DNA from: an uncultured bacterium
GTDB lineage: Bacteria; Desulfobacterota; GWC2-55-46
DNA length: 64,000 nucleotides
Assembly (NCBI GenBank): GCA_905339405.1
Contig: CAJPGC010000007.1
Location: 27,739-91,738, forward strand
Direction: 5' to 3'
Shown in pieces: positions 49,939-59,759 of this stretch. The position numbers and the translations under genes were made by a program. Position 1 is the first letter of the stretch, and the number at the start of each line of letters is the position of its first letter. The notes below the pieces were generated by a model, which saw only the letters and a program-made list of their open reading frames with translations, did not search any database and had not been told where the DNA came from.

Positions 49939-50031
49939 ATGACAAAGATAAAAGACAATCTTCTCGAGGTGACGATAAACCTTGTCATAGCGCTTGCTGT
50001 CTTGTCGACCGTCGCCAAGGTCACTCTTTGA
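49939..50031 (+). CDS. Small hydrophobic peptide (30 aa, single predicted TM helix)
   Basis: Strong RBS aaggagga 5 nt upstream of the ATG. Product MTKIKDNLLEVTINLVIALAVLSTVAKVTL. Confidence 0.35.
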   Translation: MTKIKDNLLEVTINLVIALAVLSTVAKVTL

Positions 50032-50257
50032 CTCTTAAGATACCGCGGCATCCATTCCGCCGCTCATCAGGCTCTCCGGCCACTTCACCCCTCTGACTCC
50101 GCCAAATGACCGCCGCCCAGCTCCCTCACCTGATGCCAGGGAGGCCGTAAACCGGCCTCCCGGCGCGCTTTCAGAGGGCCAGTGACCGGGCTCACCGCTC
50201 GAAGAGGCCCCCGGGTGTTAATCTTCGCGCATGAAACGGGGAGGGCCCCGGGGAGGG

Positions 50258-50446
50258 ATGAATATGCGTTACAGAAATACAGGCGGTTCAGGCTGCGGAG
50301 ATTCTGAGAAGGGCACAAGGGCAAATTGCCCGAAAGCGCGCGCCGAAGGTGGATGGCGTTTACTGAAGCGCGACCCTGGAGCCATCCTGGAAGTGCTCCT
50401 GAACATAGCGGTCGTGCTGGTGCTCGTCATAACCATAACCGTTTGA
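50258..50446 (+). CDS. Small protein with Gly/Arg-rich N-terminus and C-terminal TM helix (62 aa)
   Basis: RBS ggggaggg before the ATG; C-terminus GAILEVLLNIAVVLVLVITITV is paralogous to the two neighbouring peptides. Listed ORF 50231..50446 (alternative start). Confidence 0.3.
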   Translation: MNMRYRNTGGSGCGDSEKGTRANCPKARAEGGWRLLKRDPGAILEVLLNIAVVLVLVITITV

Positions 50447-50518
50447 GCAGTGGAAAGGGGCTTTGAGACGGCCGGACGGAACAGGCGTCCTTCCATCAAG
50501 CTACAAGGAGAACTGATC

Positions 50519-50605
50519 ATGAAGACCACAAGAACCGGCGAGATATTGGCGCTCCTTGCGGCTGTGCTCCTCCTCATTGCGGCAATATCCTCCAACCTCA
50601 TCTGA
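50519..50605 (+). CDS. Small hydrophobic peptide (28 aa, single predicted TM helix)
   Basis: RBS aaggaga 7 nt upstream of the ATG. Product MKTTRTGEILALLAAVLLLIAAISSNLI. Confidence 0.35.
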   Translation: MKTTRTGEILALLAAVLLLIAAISSNLI

Positions 50606-50752
50606 ACCTGACCGCAAGACCCCGAAATCCGTCTTCGCGCTCCATCTTTACCCGGCCCTCGGAAAGGGATTTTTTTCTCCCCAACCCGCCTCCTTTTATG
50701 CTATATTGACAAATTAGCAAAACACAAGGCGCACTTAAGGAGAAGAAGTAAA

Positions 50753-52354
50753 TTGGAAAGTAAGGAAAAGAAGAGTTTCGCTGATTTCGGGCTGTCCGGC
50801 GACATGCTCAAATCCATCCTCTCGATGGGTTTCGAAGAGCCCACTCCCATACAGGCCAGGACAATACCGGTGCTCCTCACCGGAAAGGACGTCATCGGCC
50901 AGGCGCAGACTGGCACCGGCAAGACGGCGGCCTTCGGCATACCAGTAATAGAGAAGGTCGACAGGCAGGTGAACGCGGTGCAGGCGATAGTGCTCGCCCC
51001 CACGAGGGAGCTTGCCATGCAGGCGGCCGAGGAGATGAACAAGCTAGGAAAGCACAAGAGGATACACGCCCTGCCTGTATACGGCGGCACGTCCATTGAA
51101 AGGCAGATAAAGGCGCTCGTCAAGGGCGTGCAGGTGGTGGTGGGCACCCCGGGCAGGGTCCTCGACCACATAGAGAGAAAGACGCTTTCGCTCAAGGAAG
51201 TAAAGATGGTTGTCCTCGACGAGGCCGACGAGATGCTGGACATGGGCTTCGTGGAAGACATTACGAAGATATTGAAGACCACGCCCGAGACGAGGCAGAC
51301 CCTTCTTTTTTCGGCGACCATGCCGGAAGAGATACTGAAGATATCCAAGCGCCACATGAAAAACCCCGAGCGCATACGCATAGCCACCGACACGCTCACT
51401 GCCCCGAAGATAAGCCAGATAGTCTACGAAGTGCGCAACGCCGACAAGCTCGACGCCCTGTGCCGCCTCATCGACTTCGGCTCCGAAGGCACTTACCTCA
51501 TATTCTGCCACACCAAGAGGGAAGTCGACGAGGTCTCGCAGCACCTGCGCCTGCGCGGGTATGAGGCCGACGCGATGCACGGCGACTACACGCAGGCCCA
51601 GAGGGAAGCGGTGCTCAAAAAGTTCCGCGACGGCAGGGTCGACGTCCTGGTCGCGACCGACGTCGCCGCAAGGGGCCTGGACATAAGCAGCATCTCCCAC
51701 GTCGTCAACTACTCGATACCCCAGAACCCGGAATCTTACGTGCACAGGATAGGCCGTACCGGAAGGGCTGGAAGGGAAGGCGTGGCCATAACGTTCGTCA
51801 CCCCGAGGGAAGACAGGCAGCTCCGCCTCATACAGTCGGTCGCAAAGGCCCAGATTAAAAGGGGCAAGCTCCCGAGCAGGGAAGAGGTCCTGGGAGCCAG
51901 GCTTACCGGCCTCGAGGAGAAGATGAACGAGTTCATCGACGACAAGCGCTTCGACAAGTTCATGACGCTCGCCGAGAGGGTCTCCGAGAAGATGGACCCG
52001 AAGGAAGCTCTGGCCGCTCTCCTGAAGTTCCAGCTCGAGGGCTTTGACAAGCCGGCCGAGCAGCAGGAGGAAGCCTCTCTCAACGATACCGGGGCCTCCC
52101 CCGGCATGGCCCGCCTCTTCCTTACGATAGGCAAGGAGCAGGGCGTGAGGGTAAACGACATAGTCGACGCGATATCGAGGAGGGCCGAGATCCCCAAGCA
52201 GTTCATCAAGGGCGTGGCCATATTCGAGACCTTCACCTTCGTCGAGGTCCCCAGGGATTCGGCTGAGAAGATAATAGAGATGGTGCACCGTTCCATCATC
52301 TCGGGCAGGAAGGTCGCCGTTGCCCCGGCGAAGCCGAAGGTGGCGAGAAGGTAA
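50753..52354 (+). CDS. deaD: DEAD-box ATP-dependent RNA helicase (DeaD/CsdA-like, with C-terminal DbpA-type RNA-binding domain)
   Basis: Q motif, AQTGTGKT, DEAD, SAT, HRIGRTGRAG motifs; C-terminal extension. Confidence 0.9.
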   Translation: MESKEKKSFADFGLSGDMLKSILSMGFEEPTPIQARTIPVLLTGKDVIGQAQTGTGKTAAFGIPVIEKVDRQVNAVQAIVLAPTRELAMQAAEEMNKLGKHKRIHALPVYGGTSIERQIKALVKGVQVVVGTPGRVLDHIERKTLSLKEVKMVVLDEADEMLDMGFVEDITKILKTTPETRQTLLFSATMPEEILKISKRHMKNPERIRIATDTLTAPKISQIVYEVRNADKLDALCRLIDFGSEGTYLIFCHTKREVDEVSQHLRLRGYEADAMHGDYTQAQREAVLKKFRDGRVDVLVATDVAARGLDISSISHVVNYSIPQNPESYVHRIGRTGRAGREGVAITFVTPREDRQLRLIQSVAKAQIKRGKLPSREEVLGARLTGLEEKMNEFIDDKRFDKFMTLAERVSEKMDPKEALAALLKFQLEGFDKPAEQQEEASLNDTGASPGMARLFLTIGKEQGVRVNDIVDAISRRAEIPKQFIKGVAIFETFTFVEVPRDSAEKIIEMVHRSIISGRKVAVAPAKPKVARR

Positions 52355-52364
52355 GCGGAAAAGA

Positions 52365-52397
52365 AATGTTCAAAGGCCCGGGTCTTTCTGACCCGGG
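52365..52397. terminator. Intrinsic terminator between convergent genes
   Basis: Perfect stem ggcccgggtc/gacccgggcc followed by a T7 run on the + strand. Confidence 0.65.
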
Positions 52398-52404
52398 CCT
52401 TTTT

Positions 52405-53949
52405 TTATCCCGCCTTTTTTCTTGAGACCCAGTTCTTAAGGAACCTCATCCCTTCCGAGAATACAGAGCCCATGTCAGGCGAGAATATCTCAAAGACGTT
52501 CTCCTCTATGACAGCTTTCTCGGGGTCGAGGAGCAGCTCGTCTATGGTCTTTAAAAAGTCGCTGCCCTCGAAGTAGGAGCTGAAGGAGTGTTTCTGGAGC
52601 TTGTAGAGCCTCTTCTCGGCGATGAAGTCGAGGTACTCGACGATCCCCCTTGTCGCCGCAACCTTCCTCTTTTCTATGTGCCTGTCCGGGCCGATATGCT
52701 CGAGGAGCAGCCCGAGGCGGAGCTTCCTTATCGACCTCATGAGCCTGAGGTCAATGAGTGATGCCTCCCAGGATATGTTTATCTCCGTGTCCAGGCCCAT
52801 GCTCCTGTTCGTGGTGTTCGCGGAGCCAATAGTTGCGAACCTGTCGTCCACCATGACGAGTTTAGAGTGTATGTATACAGGAACCTCTTCGCCTGCCTCG
52901 TCGAAGCTCGTCGAATAATAGACCCCGAACGAGTGGCCCTGTCTTTGCGCGGTCTGCCTCAGTATCGAAAGGATCCTTGCCTGAAGGAGGCCGACCGATA
53001 TCTCTTCCACGAGCGCGCTCGGCTTCTTCGGGAGGATGAGTACTATATCTAAGGGAGGGGCGGTCTCGTCCTCCATGCGGTCAATGAGCGCCCTGTAGAC
53101 GGCGTAAGAGCTGAAGTACTGGTTTTCGATGTAGACGAGTTCCCTGGCAGCGCGGATGGCGTCGACGTAGAGCGACCTTATCTCCTTTACCGGCCCCTTG
53201 ACCTGCACGAAGGTCTGCCCCTGCGTTCTGCTGAGGGCCGCCTTTCCGGCCTTGATGGGCGTGCCTATGCCTGCAGGCAGGTAGCGGCGTCTTCTGGGCG
53301 CGGGAAGGCTCAACTCGTTTCCGGTGCACAGTTTCCATCTTTCAGTGAAGACCTCCAGAAGCCTTCCGATGAGCTCCCCGGTGAAGTAGGCCTGTACGTC
53401 GTGGTACGGGCCGTAAGCGCCGCCGTCGGGGTTGACCCTGTCCGGGTTGACGGCCCTGTGGCAGCGGTCGTCCCACCTCCCGGCGCACAGGTCCATGCCG
53501 CCGAGGAAAGCGGCCGCCCCGTCGATGATGACGAACTTCTGGTGCTGGCTCGCGCCGATGGCGTGCTTGTCGTCGAACCTGAAAAGGAGCCGGTCGCTGG
53601 TGGACCAGTTGAAGACTATCTCCTGCATCCACTCGCGCTCGTGCATGAAGATGAGGCTGAAGTCCCAGGCGAGTATGTATATTCGAAGGGTGGGGTTTTC
53701 CCGGCAGAGCGAGTCGAGGAACCTCAAGAGGCGGACCTCGCCTGTCTCCCTTTGCGCTGACTTGCCGCGAAGGAGCGCGACCTCGCTGTCGAACTGCCAG
53801 CCGGATATCGCTATGTAGTCTCTGGCCTCTCTCGCGGCCATGTGGAAAGCCGTGTAGTATTCCTCGGCGTCCACGTAGACCCCTGACTGATCGACTCCGG
53901 CGACCTCAAAGCAGTTACGGCCCGTCTTCAATATCCGGCCACCATGCAT
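52405..53949 (-). CDS. Phospholipase D-family protein with two HKD motifs
   Basis: HQKFVIIDGAAAFLGGMD and HSKLVMVDDRFATIGSANTTNRS (HxKx4D twice). Start set at the ATG at 53949 with RBS ggagga; the listed ORF's extension to 54402 overlaps the upstream EEP gene. Confidence 0.8.
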   Translation of the reverse strand: MHGGRILKTGRNCFEVAGVDQSGVYVDAEEYYTAFHMAAREARDYIAISGWQFDSEVALLRGKSAQRETGEVRLLRFLDSLCRENPTLRIYILAWDFSLIFMHEREWMQEIVFNWSTSDRLLFRFDDKHAIGASQHQKFVIIDGAAAFLGGMDLCAGRWDDRCHRAVNPDRVNPDGGAYGPYHDVQAYFTGELIGRLLEVFTERWKLCTGNELSLPAPRRRRYLPAGIGTPIKAGKAALSRTQGQTFVQVKGPVKEIRSLYVDAIRAARELVYIENQYFSSYAVYRALIDRMEDETAPPLDIVLILPKKPSALVEEISVGLLQARILSILRQTAQRQGHSFGVYYSTSFDEAGEEVPVYIHSKLVMVDDRFATIGSANTTNRSMGLDTEINISWEASLIDLRLMRSIRKLRLGLLLEHIGPDRHIEKRKVAATRGIVEYLDFIAEKRLYKLQKHSFSSYFEGSDFLKTIDELLLDPEKAVIEENVFEIFSPDMGSVFSEGMRFLKNWVSRKKAG

Positions 53950-53969
53950 TGTAAGTCTCCTCAGAGGGC

Positions 53970-54719
53970 TCAGCGTATCTCGATTTCGGCTATAAGGGGG
54001 AGGTGGTCGGAAGCCAGGCACGTGAGCTTGCTCCTGGGGACCTTGGTGTCCATGACCTCGACCCCGGACCCGGTGAAGATGTGGTCTATCCTGGCCAGGG
54101 GGAAGCGGCTCGGGTAAGTGTTCATGGGCTTCTTCCCTTTTATCGAGAGCTGCGCGTCCTGCAGGAACTTCCTTATCCTGCGGTAGACGCTCGATATCGG
54201 GAGGGTGTTGAAGTCCCCGCAGACGACAAGCGGAGAGGCGCATGAAGAGTGCGCCGCCCATCCGGCCCCGAGAAGCGTCTCGGCCTGCAGGAGCCTTTCC
54301 CGGAGGTTGTGCCCGAAGTGCGTATTTATTATCTGGACCTCCCTGCCGCCTAGATCGATAGCGGCCCATATCGCTCCGCGCCTCTCGAGCGGCCTGAACC
54401 ACCAGGGAGAAGGGAGAGGTCCGGCCTGCACGAGCCGCAGTGGATAGCGGCTCAATATGGCGTTGCCGTACTCCCCTTCCTGCACCTCTATGGACGGGTG
54501 GAAATGGAAGTCCATGTTCAGGTGCCTGGCTATCTCGGCAGCCTGGTGCTCATGGTTCGTCCTGGCCAGCCCGGAGTCGAGCTCCTGTATGGCCACGATG
54601 TCCGGCTCGAAGGAGGCTATTACGTCCGCGACCCTGTAGGTCGATATCCTGCCGTCCGAGCCAGTGCAGCTGTGGACGTTATAGGTCATGACGCGGAGAG
54701 TCTTTTCCGAGTACGGCAT
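53970..54719 (-). CDS. Endonuclease/exonuclease/phosphatase (EEP) family hydrolase
   Basis: EEP motifs (VMTYNVH, IQELD, GDFNT, SDHLPL). Confidence 0.8.
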   Translation of the reverse strand: MPYSEKTLRVMTYNVHSCTGSDGRISTYRVADVIASFEPDIVAIQELDSGLARTNHEHQAAEIARHLNMDFHFHPSIEVQEGEYGNAILSRYPLRLVQAGPLPSPWWFRPLERRGAIWAAIDLGGREVQIINTHFGHNLRERLLQAETLLGAGWAAHSSCASPLVVCGDFNTLPISSVYRRIRKFLQDAQLSIKGKKPMNTYPSRFPLARIDHIFTGSGVEVMDTKVPRSKLTCLASDHLPLIAEIEIR

Positions 54720-54945
54720 CTCATCTCTACTTTAAGAGTATAGCAGGCCCAATGGCCAGCTGTGCGTAATGAAGCGCAACGGAGCCGCCGCGCAGAGCGC
54801 TTTTAAGCGCGGCCTGGCATCTGGCAGAATCTCGTTTGGATTAGGTGCGAGAGTGGAAAGAAGGCCGGAGTTTGCAGCGTGAGACATCTGCGTGACTTGC
54901 AAAATTATAACATGGAAAACCGGCTTCAGGAAAGTATTTTCGTCG

Positions 54946-55398
54946 TCATCTGTACTCATCTTTGGGCACTATGGTGATGCCTCCGTCCTTTTCAAGGATG
55001 GCGTATTTTATCTGCTCAAGACGCTCGAGCCCCTGGAGCTTTCTGGCTGCCTCCAGGATGTCGGTCTCGTCTATCCTTGCTTTCCTGAGCGTCTCTGTGA
55101 GGGGCGCGCCGTCTTTCATTATTATGACGGGCGTGCCTTCGATCCATTTGTCGAGCCGCCCGGAGCGCTGTTTTATTATCGAAAGACCGATGTCTATGAG
55201 TATCAGCGTGATTATGAGGATAAAGGCGTTGGTGAATGAGAAGTCGTTCCCGATGAGCGCCTGCTGCGTTGACTCGCCGATTATGAGGAGGAGCACGAGG
55301 TCGAAGGTCGTTACTTCGGCGAGGGTGCGCTTCCCGGCGACCCTTATGACGATGAGGAGGAAAAAGTACATCGCCGCGCCCCTCAATACAGGTTCCAT
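54946..55398 (-). CDS. DUF421 (YetF-like) membrane protein
   Basis: N-terminal TM helices plus the YetF-type soluble domain pattern. Confidence 0.65.
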   Translation of the reverse strand: MEPVLRGAAMYFFLLIVIRVAGKRTLAEVTTFDLVLLLIIGESTQQALIGNDFSFTNAFILIITLILIDIGLSIIKQRSGRLDKWIEGTPVIIMKDGAPLTETLRKARIDETDILEAARKLQGLERLEQIKYAILEKDGGITIVPKDEYR

Positions 55399-55407
55399 GC
55401 CGCGCTC

Positions 55408-55908
55408 CTATGGAAAGACGAACTGGCTGAATTCAACCGTTGATTTTCCGCTCCCTATACTGCCTGAAAGCCTCCCGACCCTCAGAGGCTGGAAGTAAAG
55501 GCTTATCTCTAGCTCCCTTGCGCTCCCGTCGAGGCGGAAGCCGAAATATATTTTCCCTTCTGCGGCAATGACCTCTTCAGGCCGTGGAAGCATCTGTTTC
55601 ATGTAGACGCTTTCGAGATAGTCCCTGCTTATCCAGACTGAAAGCCTGCCGCCTTCAGAGGTCTTTACTTTTATGGTCATCTCCGAGTCTTTCTGATGAA
55701 AAACCGTCCCGTTGTATTCCGTTTTGACGGCTCTGTCCGGGCTTTCTGATTCGTCAGTGCCTGAAAGGCCCGGCCCGGCAAGACCGGCCAGGGCAAGCAG
55801 GACGGCAAGGGACATCAGGGCCCATGACACGCGCTGCGCCTTGTGGAACCTCCTCTGGTACGCGGCGTCTTCCTCTATTTCGATGTCACCCACCCTTTTG
55901 ATATCCAT
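55408..55908 (-). CDS. Hypothetical membrane-anchored protein
   Basis: 166-aa ORF with one TM helix, apparently co-transcribed with the DUF421 gene. Confidence 0.45.
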   Translation of the reverse strand: MDIKRVGDIEIEEDAAYQRRFHKAQRVSWALMSLAVLLALAGLAGPGLSGTDESESPDRAVKTEYNGTVFHQKDSEMTIKVKTSEGGRLSVWISRDYLESVYMKQMLPRPEEVIAAEGKIYFGFRLDGSARELEISLYFQPLRVGRLSGSIGSGKSTVEFSQFVFP

Positions 55909-56212
55909 GAATGATTATAGACCTGTAAAGACGTTTAAGCTGTGGGCCGGTTTCCTTGACAACAGACAATCCTGATATAAGTTTAGATAAGCCTTGTTCA
56001 TCAACTCAGAAGCTCCTGTGGTGAGCGCTCGGGGTTACTGACTCTTTGGTTCGCGCGCAAAGGCGGCCTCCATTTTCCCCGCTGTCAGTCTGAAAAGTTA
56101 GCAGAGAAGCCGTGTGTCCCGTGGATGCGCCGCGACGGCCCATCTTTTGAATTGGCGCGCCCTGGCTTAGCCCGGGACTTCCACTGGCGAGCTTGCGTGC
56201 TTTTACAACTCC

Positions 56213-57340
56213 TTGAGGAGGCAGACCGTGAAAAGTATCTTGATTACCGGAGGAGCGGGATTCATAGGCTCGCATCTGTCTGATGAGCTCCTTGCCAACG
56301 GGTACGAGGTCAGGGCGCTGGACAACCTCTCAGAGCAGGTCCACGGCAGCGGCAGCACGAGGCCCGAGTACCTCGACGACAGGGTCGAACTCGTAGTAGG
56401 CGACGTAAGGGACCCTGAAGCTGTCCGTGAGGCGCTCGACGGGGTCGACGCGGTGTTCCACTTCGCCGCAGCAGTCGGCGTAGGGCAGTCGATGTACGAG
56501 ATTGCCGAGTACGTTGACGTGAACAGCCGGGGCACGGCCGTGCTCCTCGAGGAACTTATAAAACAGCCTGTCAAAAAGCTCGTCGTGGCCTCGAGCATGA
56601 GCATCTACGGGGAAGGCCTTTACAGGGCCTCCGACGGCTCGATGATATCGAACGCCTGCAGGGAGCTCGAAGCCATAAAGGCCGGCAAATGGGAGGTAAT
56701 GGACGGGTGCGGGCAAGCAGCCGTTCCTTTGCCGACTGGCGAGACAAAGGAGCCCTCCCTTTCATCTGTCTACGCCCTCACGAAGTACGACCAGGAGAAG
56801 ATGTGCCTCATGACTGGCAGGGCTTACAACATCCCGACCGTCGCAATGAGGTTCTTCAACGTCTACGGCCCGAGGCAGGCCTCCTCGAACCCGTATACCG
56901 GCGTGCTGGCCATATTCTCAGCGAGGTTCATGAACATGAGGCCGCCGCTCATCTACGAGGACGGTCTGCAGAAAAGGGACTTCGTGAGCGTTCACGACAT
57001 CGCCAGGGCCTGCAGGCTCGCGCTTGAGAGCGGCTCCGCAGATTATCTTTCCTTCAACGTAGGAAGCGGCCGGAGCTATTCGATACTGGAGATTGCCGGG
57101 CGCCTGTCAAAGGTCTTCGACGTCGACATAAGCCCCGAGGTCGTCGGAAAGTACAGGGTTGGGGACATAAGGCACTGTTTCGCCGACATCGGCCTGGCCG
57201 AAAGGCTCCTCGGCTACACTCCTTCCGTTTCGCTTGACGAGGGTCTCGAGGAACTGCGGCAATGGCTCGAAGGAAGGGTCGCTCACGACAGGGTAGCCGA
57301 GGCGAGCGCGGAACTTGCTGGACGCGGCCTCACAATCTAA
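56213..57340 (+). CDS. NAD-dependent epimerase/dehydratase (UDP-sugar 4-epimerase-like SDR)
   Basis: TGGAGFIGSHL Rossmann motif and YxxxK region. Possible start at GTG 56228. Confidence 0.85.
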   Translation: MRRQTVKSILITGGAGFIGSHLSDELLANGYEVRALDNLSEQVHGSGSTRPEYLDDRVELVVGDVRDPEAVREALDGVDAVFHFAAAVGVGQSMYEIAEYVDVNSRGTAVLLEELIKQPVKKLVVASSMSIYGEGLYRASDGSMISNACRELEAIKAGKWEVMDGCGQAAVPLPTGETKEPSLSSVYALTKYDQEKMCLMTGRAYNIPTVAMRFFNVYGPRQASSNPYTGVLAIFSARFMNMRPPLIYEDGLQKRDFVSVHDIARACRLALESGSADYLSFNVGSGRSYSILEIAGRLSKVFDVDISPEVVGKYRVGDIRHCFADIGLAERLLGYTPSVSLDEGLEELRQWLEGRVAHDRVAEASAELAGRGLTI

Positions 57341-57354
57341 GGCGGGATGAATCG

Positions 57355-58638
57355 ATGAGATACGCCCTTGTGAACCCTAATTGGAATTTTGACGGCAGCG
57401 CGTACTTCGGCTGCCGCGAATGTCATTTTCCGCTCGAGCTCGGTTACTCGAAGGCTCTTCTTGGTGAGGCCGGTTTCGATTCGATCATCATCGACGCTCA
57501 CATGGAGGGACTGTCACTGGCGGAGGTAAGGCTGAGGGTTGAGGCGTTCTCGCCTGATTTCATCGTTGTCACTACCGCGCCGAGCTATCTTTTCTGGCGC
57601 TGTCCGCCTCCGGAGCTCAAGATTCCGATGGAGTTGATGGAAGCCCTTGAAGGGATAAAGGGGCAGAGGATAGTCATGGGGCCGCACGGCTCGGTGACTC
57701 CGGCCGCCGTGATGAAAAAACTCGGCGCTGACATCGTCATAATTGGAGAGGGCGAAAGCGTCCTTCCCGATATCGGCAGGAACGCCGGAGACTTCGGCAA
57801 GGTGCCTTCGATATGCGTCAACCGCAACGGCGTGGCGGAAATACAGGGAAGGCCTGCCGCTTCAGATATGGCGTCGCTTCCGGCCCTCAAGTGGGGGGCT
57901 GAATACATTAGCAGGCATTCGCACCACCACCACAGGTTCGCAACCCGGCCGGAAGGGCTCGGGGCCGAGGTGGAAGCTTCGCGCGGCTGCCCCTATTCGT
58001 GCACCTTCTGCGCGAAAGACTCCTTCAGGACGAATTACAGAAAGCGCCCTCTTGAGGCTGTGCTCGAAGAGCTCGACTGTCTCTGCGCGAACGGGGTTGG
58101 GTACGTCTACTTCATAGACGAGATATTCATGCCGGACAGGGCCCTTCTTGACGCGCTGGCCTCAAGGAAGCTCTCTTTCGGCATACAGACGAGGATAGAC
58201 CTGTGGAAGCCCGGGATGCTCTCTCTCCTCGGAGAAGCCGGGTGCGTTTCCATTGAGGCCGGGGTCGAGAGCATATCAGAGCGCGGCAGGAGCCTTCTCG
58301 GTAAAAGGTGCGCCGCTTCTACCGAAGAGCTCGTGGCGCTCCTTTCGGCGGCCAGGAAATCCGTGCCATTCGTTCAAGCGACCCTGCTCGATTCCCGCGT
58401 CGACGACCCATTGGCAGTCGAAGCATGGAGGAGCATGCTGCTGGACCACGGCGTGTGGGCGAACAGCCCGGTGCCCATGTTCCCATATCCCGGCTCCGGT
58501 GAGTATACGAAAAGATGGGGCAGGCCAGACGATTACGCCTGGGAGCGCGCTCACGAGCATTACCTCGAGGTCAACGGCTCCTTCAGCGACATCCAGAGCT
58601 CTAACCCTGTGCCCTTGCGGGAGCTCGAAAAAAGATGA
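57355..58638 (+). CDS. B12-binding radical SAM protein (class B)
   Basis: N-terminal cobalamin-binding-like domain and CPYSCTFC (Cx3Cx2C) motif. ATG at 57355; the listed ORF start 57262 overlaps the epimerase gene. Confidence 0.75.
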   Translation: MRYALVNPNWNFDGSAYFGCRECHFPLELGYSKALLGEAGFDSIIIDAHMEGLSLAEVRLRVEAFSPDFIVVTTAPSYLFWRCPPPELKIPMELMEALEGIKGQRIVMGPHGSVTPAAVMKKLGADIVIIGEGESVLPDIGRNAGDFGKVPSICVNRNGVAEIQGRPAASDMASLPALKWGAEYISRHSHHHHRFATRPEGLGAEVEASRGCPYSCTFCAKDSFRTNYRKRPLEAVLEELDCLCANGVGYVYFIDEIFMPDRALLDALASRKLSFGIQTRIDLWKPGMLSLLGEAGCVSIEAGVESISERGRSLLGKRCAASTEELVALLSAARKSVPFVQATLLDSRVDDPLAVEAWRSMLLDHGVWANSPVPMFPYPGSGEYTKRWGRPDDYAWERAHEHYLEVNGSFSDIQSSNPVPLRELEKR

Positions 58639-59759
58639 GCGCGCCAGGAAGGCTTAAAAAGGTATTGATGACGGCCGACACGGTCGGCGGTGTCTGGACT
58701 TATTCAATCGAGCTGGCCGCCGCACTGGAAAAAAAGGGCGTGCAGGTCTTTCTTGCCACCATGGGCGCGCCGTTGACCCACGGCCAGATCGCTGAAGTTA
58801 AAATGGTGCCTGGCCTCGAGGTATTCGAGAGCGGCTTCAGGCTCGAATGGATGGAAGACCCCTGGGAGAACGTAAGGCTTGCGGGAGAGTGGCTTCTCAG
58901 GCTCGAAAACTATATCAAGCCGGACGTCATACATTTGAACGGATATTCTCACGGCAGTGTGCCTTTCAGCGCGCCTGCCGTGGCAGCCGGCCATTCTTGC
59001 GTACTTTCGTGGTGGGAAGCCGTAAAGGGCGGAGATGCTCCCAAGGACTGGGACAGGTACCGCCGGGAAGTAGGCAGCGGGCTTGCGGGGGTGAAAGCTG
59101 TTTGCGCGCCGACGCGGGCCATGCTCGCCTCCCTCCACAGGTTTTACCGGTTTTCGGCCCCCTCGCGCGTAATACCTAACGGAAGGGAAGAAGAGCTTTT
59201 CAGGCCCGCCGAAAAACAGGACTTCATCTTCGCCGCCGGAAGGCTCTGGGACGAGGCTAAAAACATACGGACTCTCCAGGCCGCAGCGTTTTCGCTCGAA
59301 TGGCCCGTTTACGCCGCAGGCGAATGCTCGCATCCTTCAGGGACTCAGCTCCCTGATGGAGCGATAAGGGCCCTGGGCGTGCTTTCGCAGAAGGAGCTTG
59401 CCTCATGGCTCTCGGCCGCCTCTGTTTTCGCGGCACCGGCCCTCTACGAGCCGTTCGGCCTCACGGTTTTGGAAGCCGGTCTTTCGGGAGCTGCGCTCGT
59501 GCTCGGCGACATACCTTCCCTTAAGGAGAACTGGGAGGACGCGGCCCTTTTCGTAGAACCGAGGGATACGAAATCGCTGAAAGATATCCTGTCTCTCCTC
59601 ATGAGGGACGCCGGGTTGAGGTCTGCTTACGGCATAAAGGCAAGGGCGAGGGCACTCGAGTTTACGGCCTCGAGGATGGCCGAAGGCTATATCGATTTTT
59701 ACGAAGAAGCGCTTTCCGGTAATACAGGTTTCGAGGAGGCCCAAAGATGCGTTTCGTGA
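58635..59759 (+). CDS. Glycosyltransferase family 1 (GT4-type)
   Basis: C-terminal EPFGLTVLEAGLSGAALV GT1 motif; ATGA overlap with the upstream gene. Confidence 0.85.
   Translation: MSAPGRLKKVLMTADTVGGVWTYSIELAAALEKKGVQVFLATMGAPLTHGQIAEVKMVPGLEVFESGFRLEWMEDPWENVRLAGEWLLRLENYIKPDVIHLNGYSHGSVPFSAPAVAAGHSCVLSWWEAVKGGDAPKDWDRYRREVGSGLAGVKAVCAPTRAMLASLHRFYRFSAPSRVIPNGREEELFRPAEKQDFIFAAGRLWDEAKNIRTLQAAAFSLEWPVYAAGECSHPSGTQLPDGAIRALGVLSQKELASWLSAASVFAAPALYEPFGLTVLEAGLSGAALVLGDIPSLKENWEDAALFVEPRDTKSLKDILSLLMRDAGLRSAYGIKARARALEFTASRMAEGYIDFYEEALSGNTGFEEAQRCVS

Noticed and set aside
49782-50096. 104-aa ORF in the low-GC island
   Set aside because: No RBS and an atypical composition. It overlaps the 30-aa ORF that has a near-perfect Shine-Dalgarno sequence. 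Judged spurious, though not excluded.
53950-54402. N-terminal 151-aa extension of the PLD ORF as listed (start at 54402)
   Set aside because: The extension overlaps the well-supported EEP gene on the same strand and is Arg/Gly/Pro-rich. An internal ATG at 53949 with a GGAGGA RBS gives a PLD of normal length.
56165-56212. Sigma-54-like element TGGCGAGCTTGCGTGC upstream of the epimerase gene
   Set aside because: Spacing between the GG and GC dinucleotides does not fit the GG-N10-GC rule, so it was not called a promoter.
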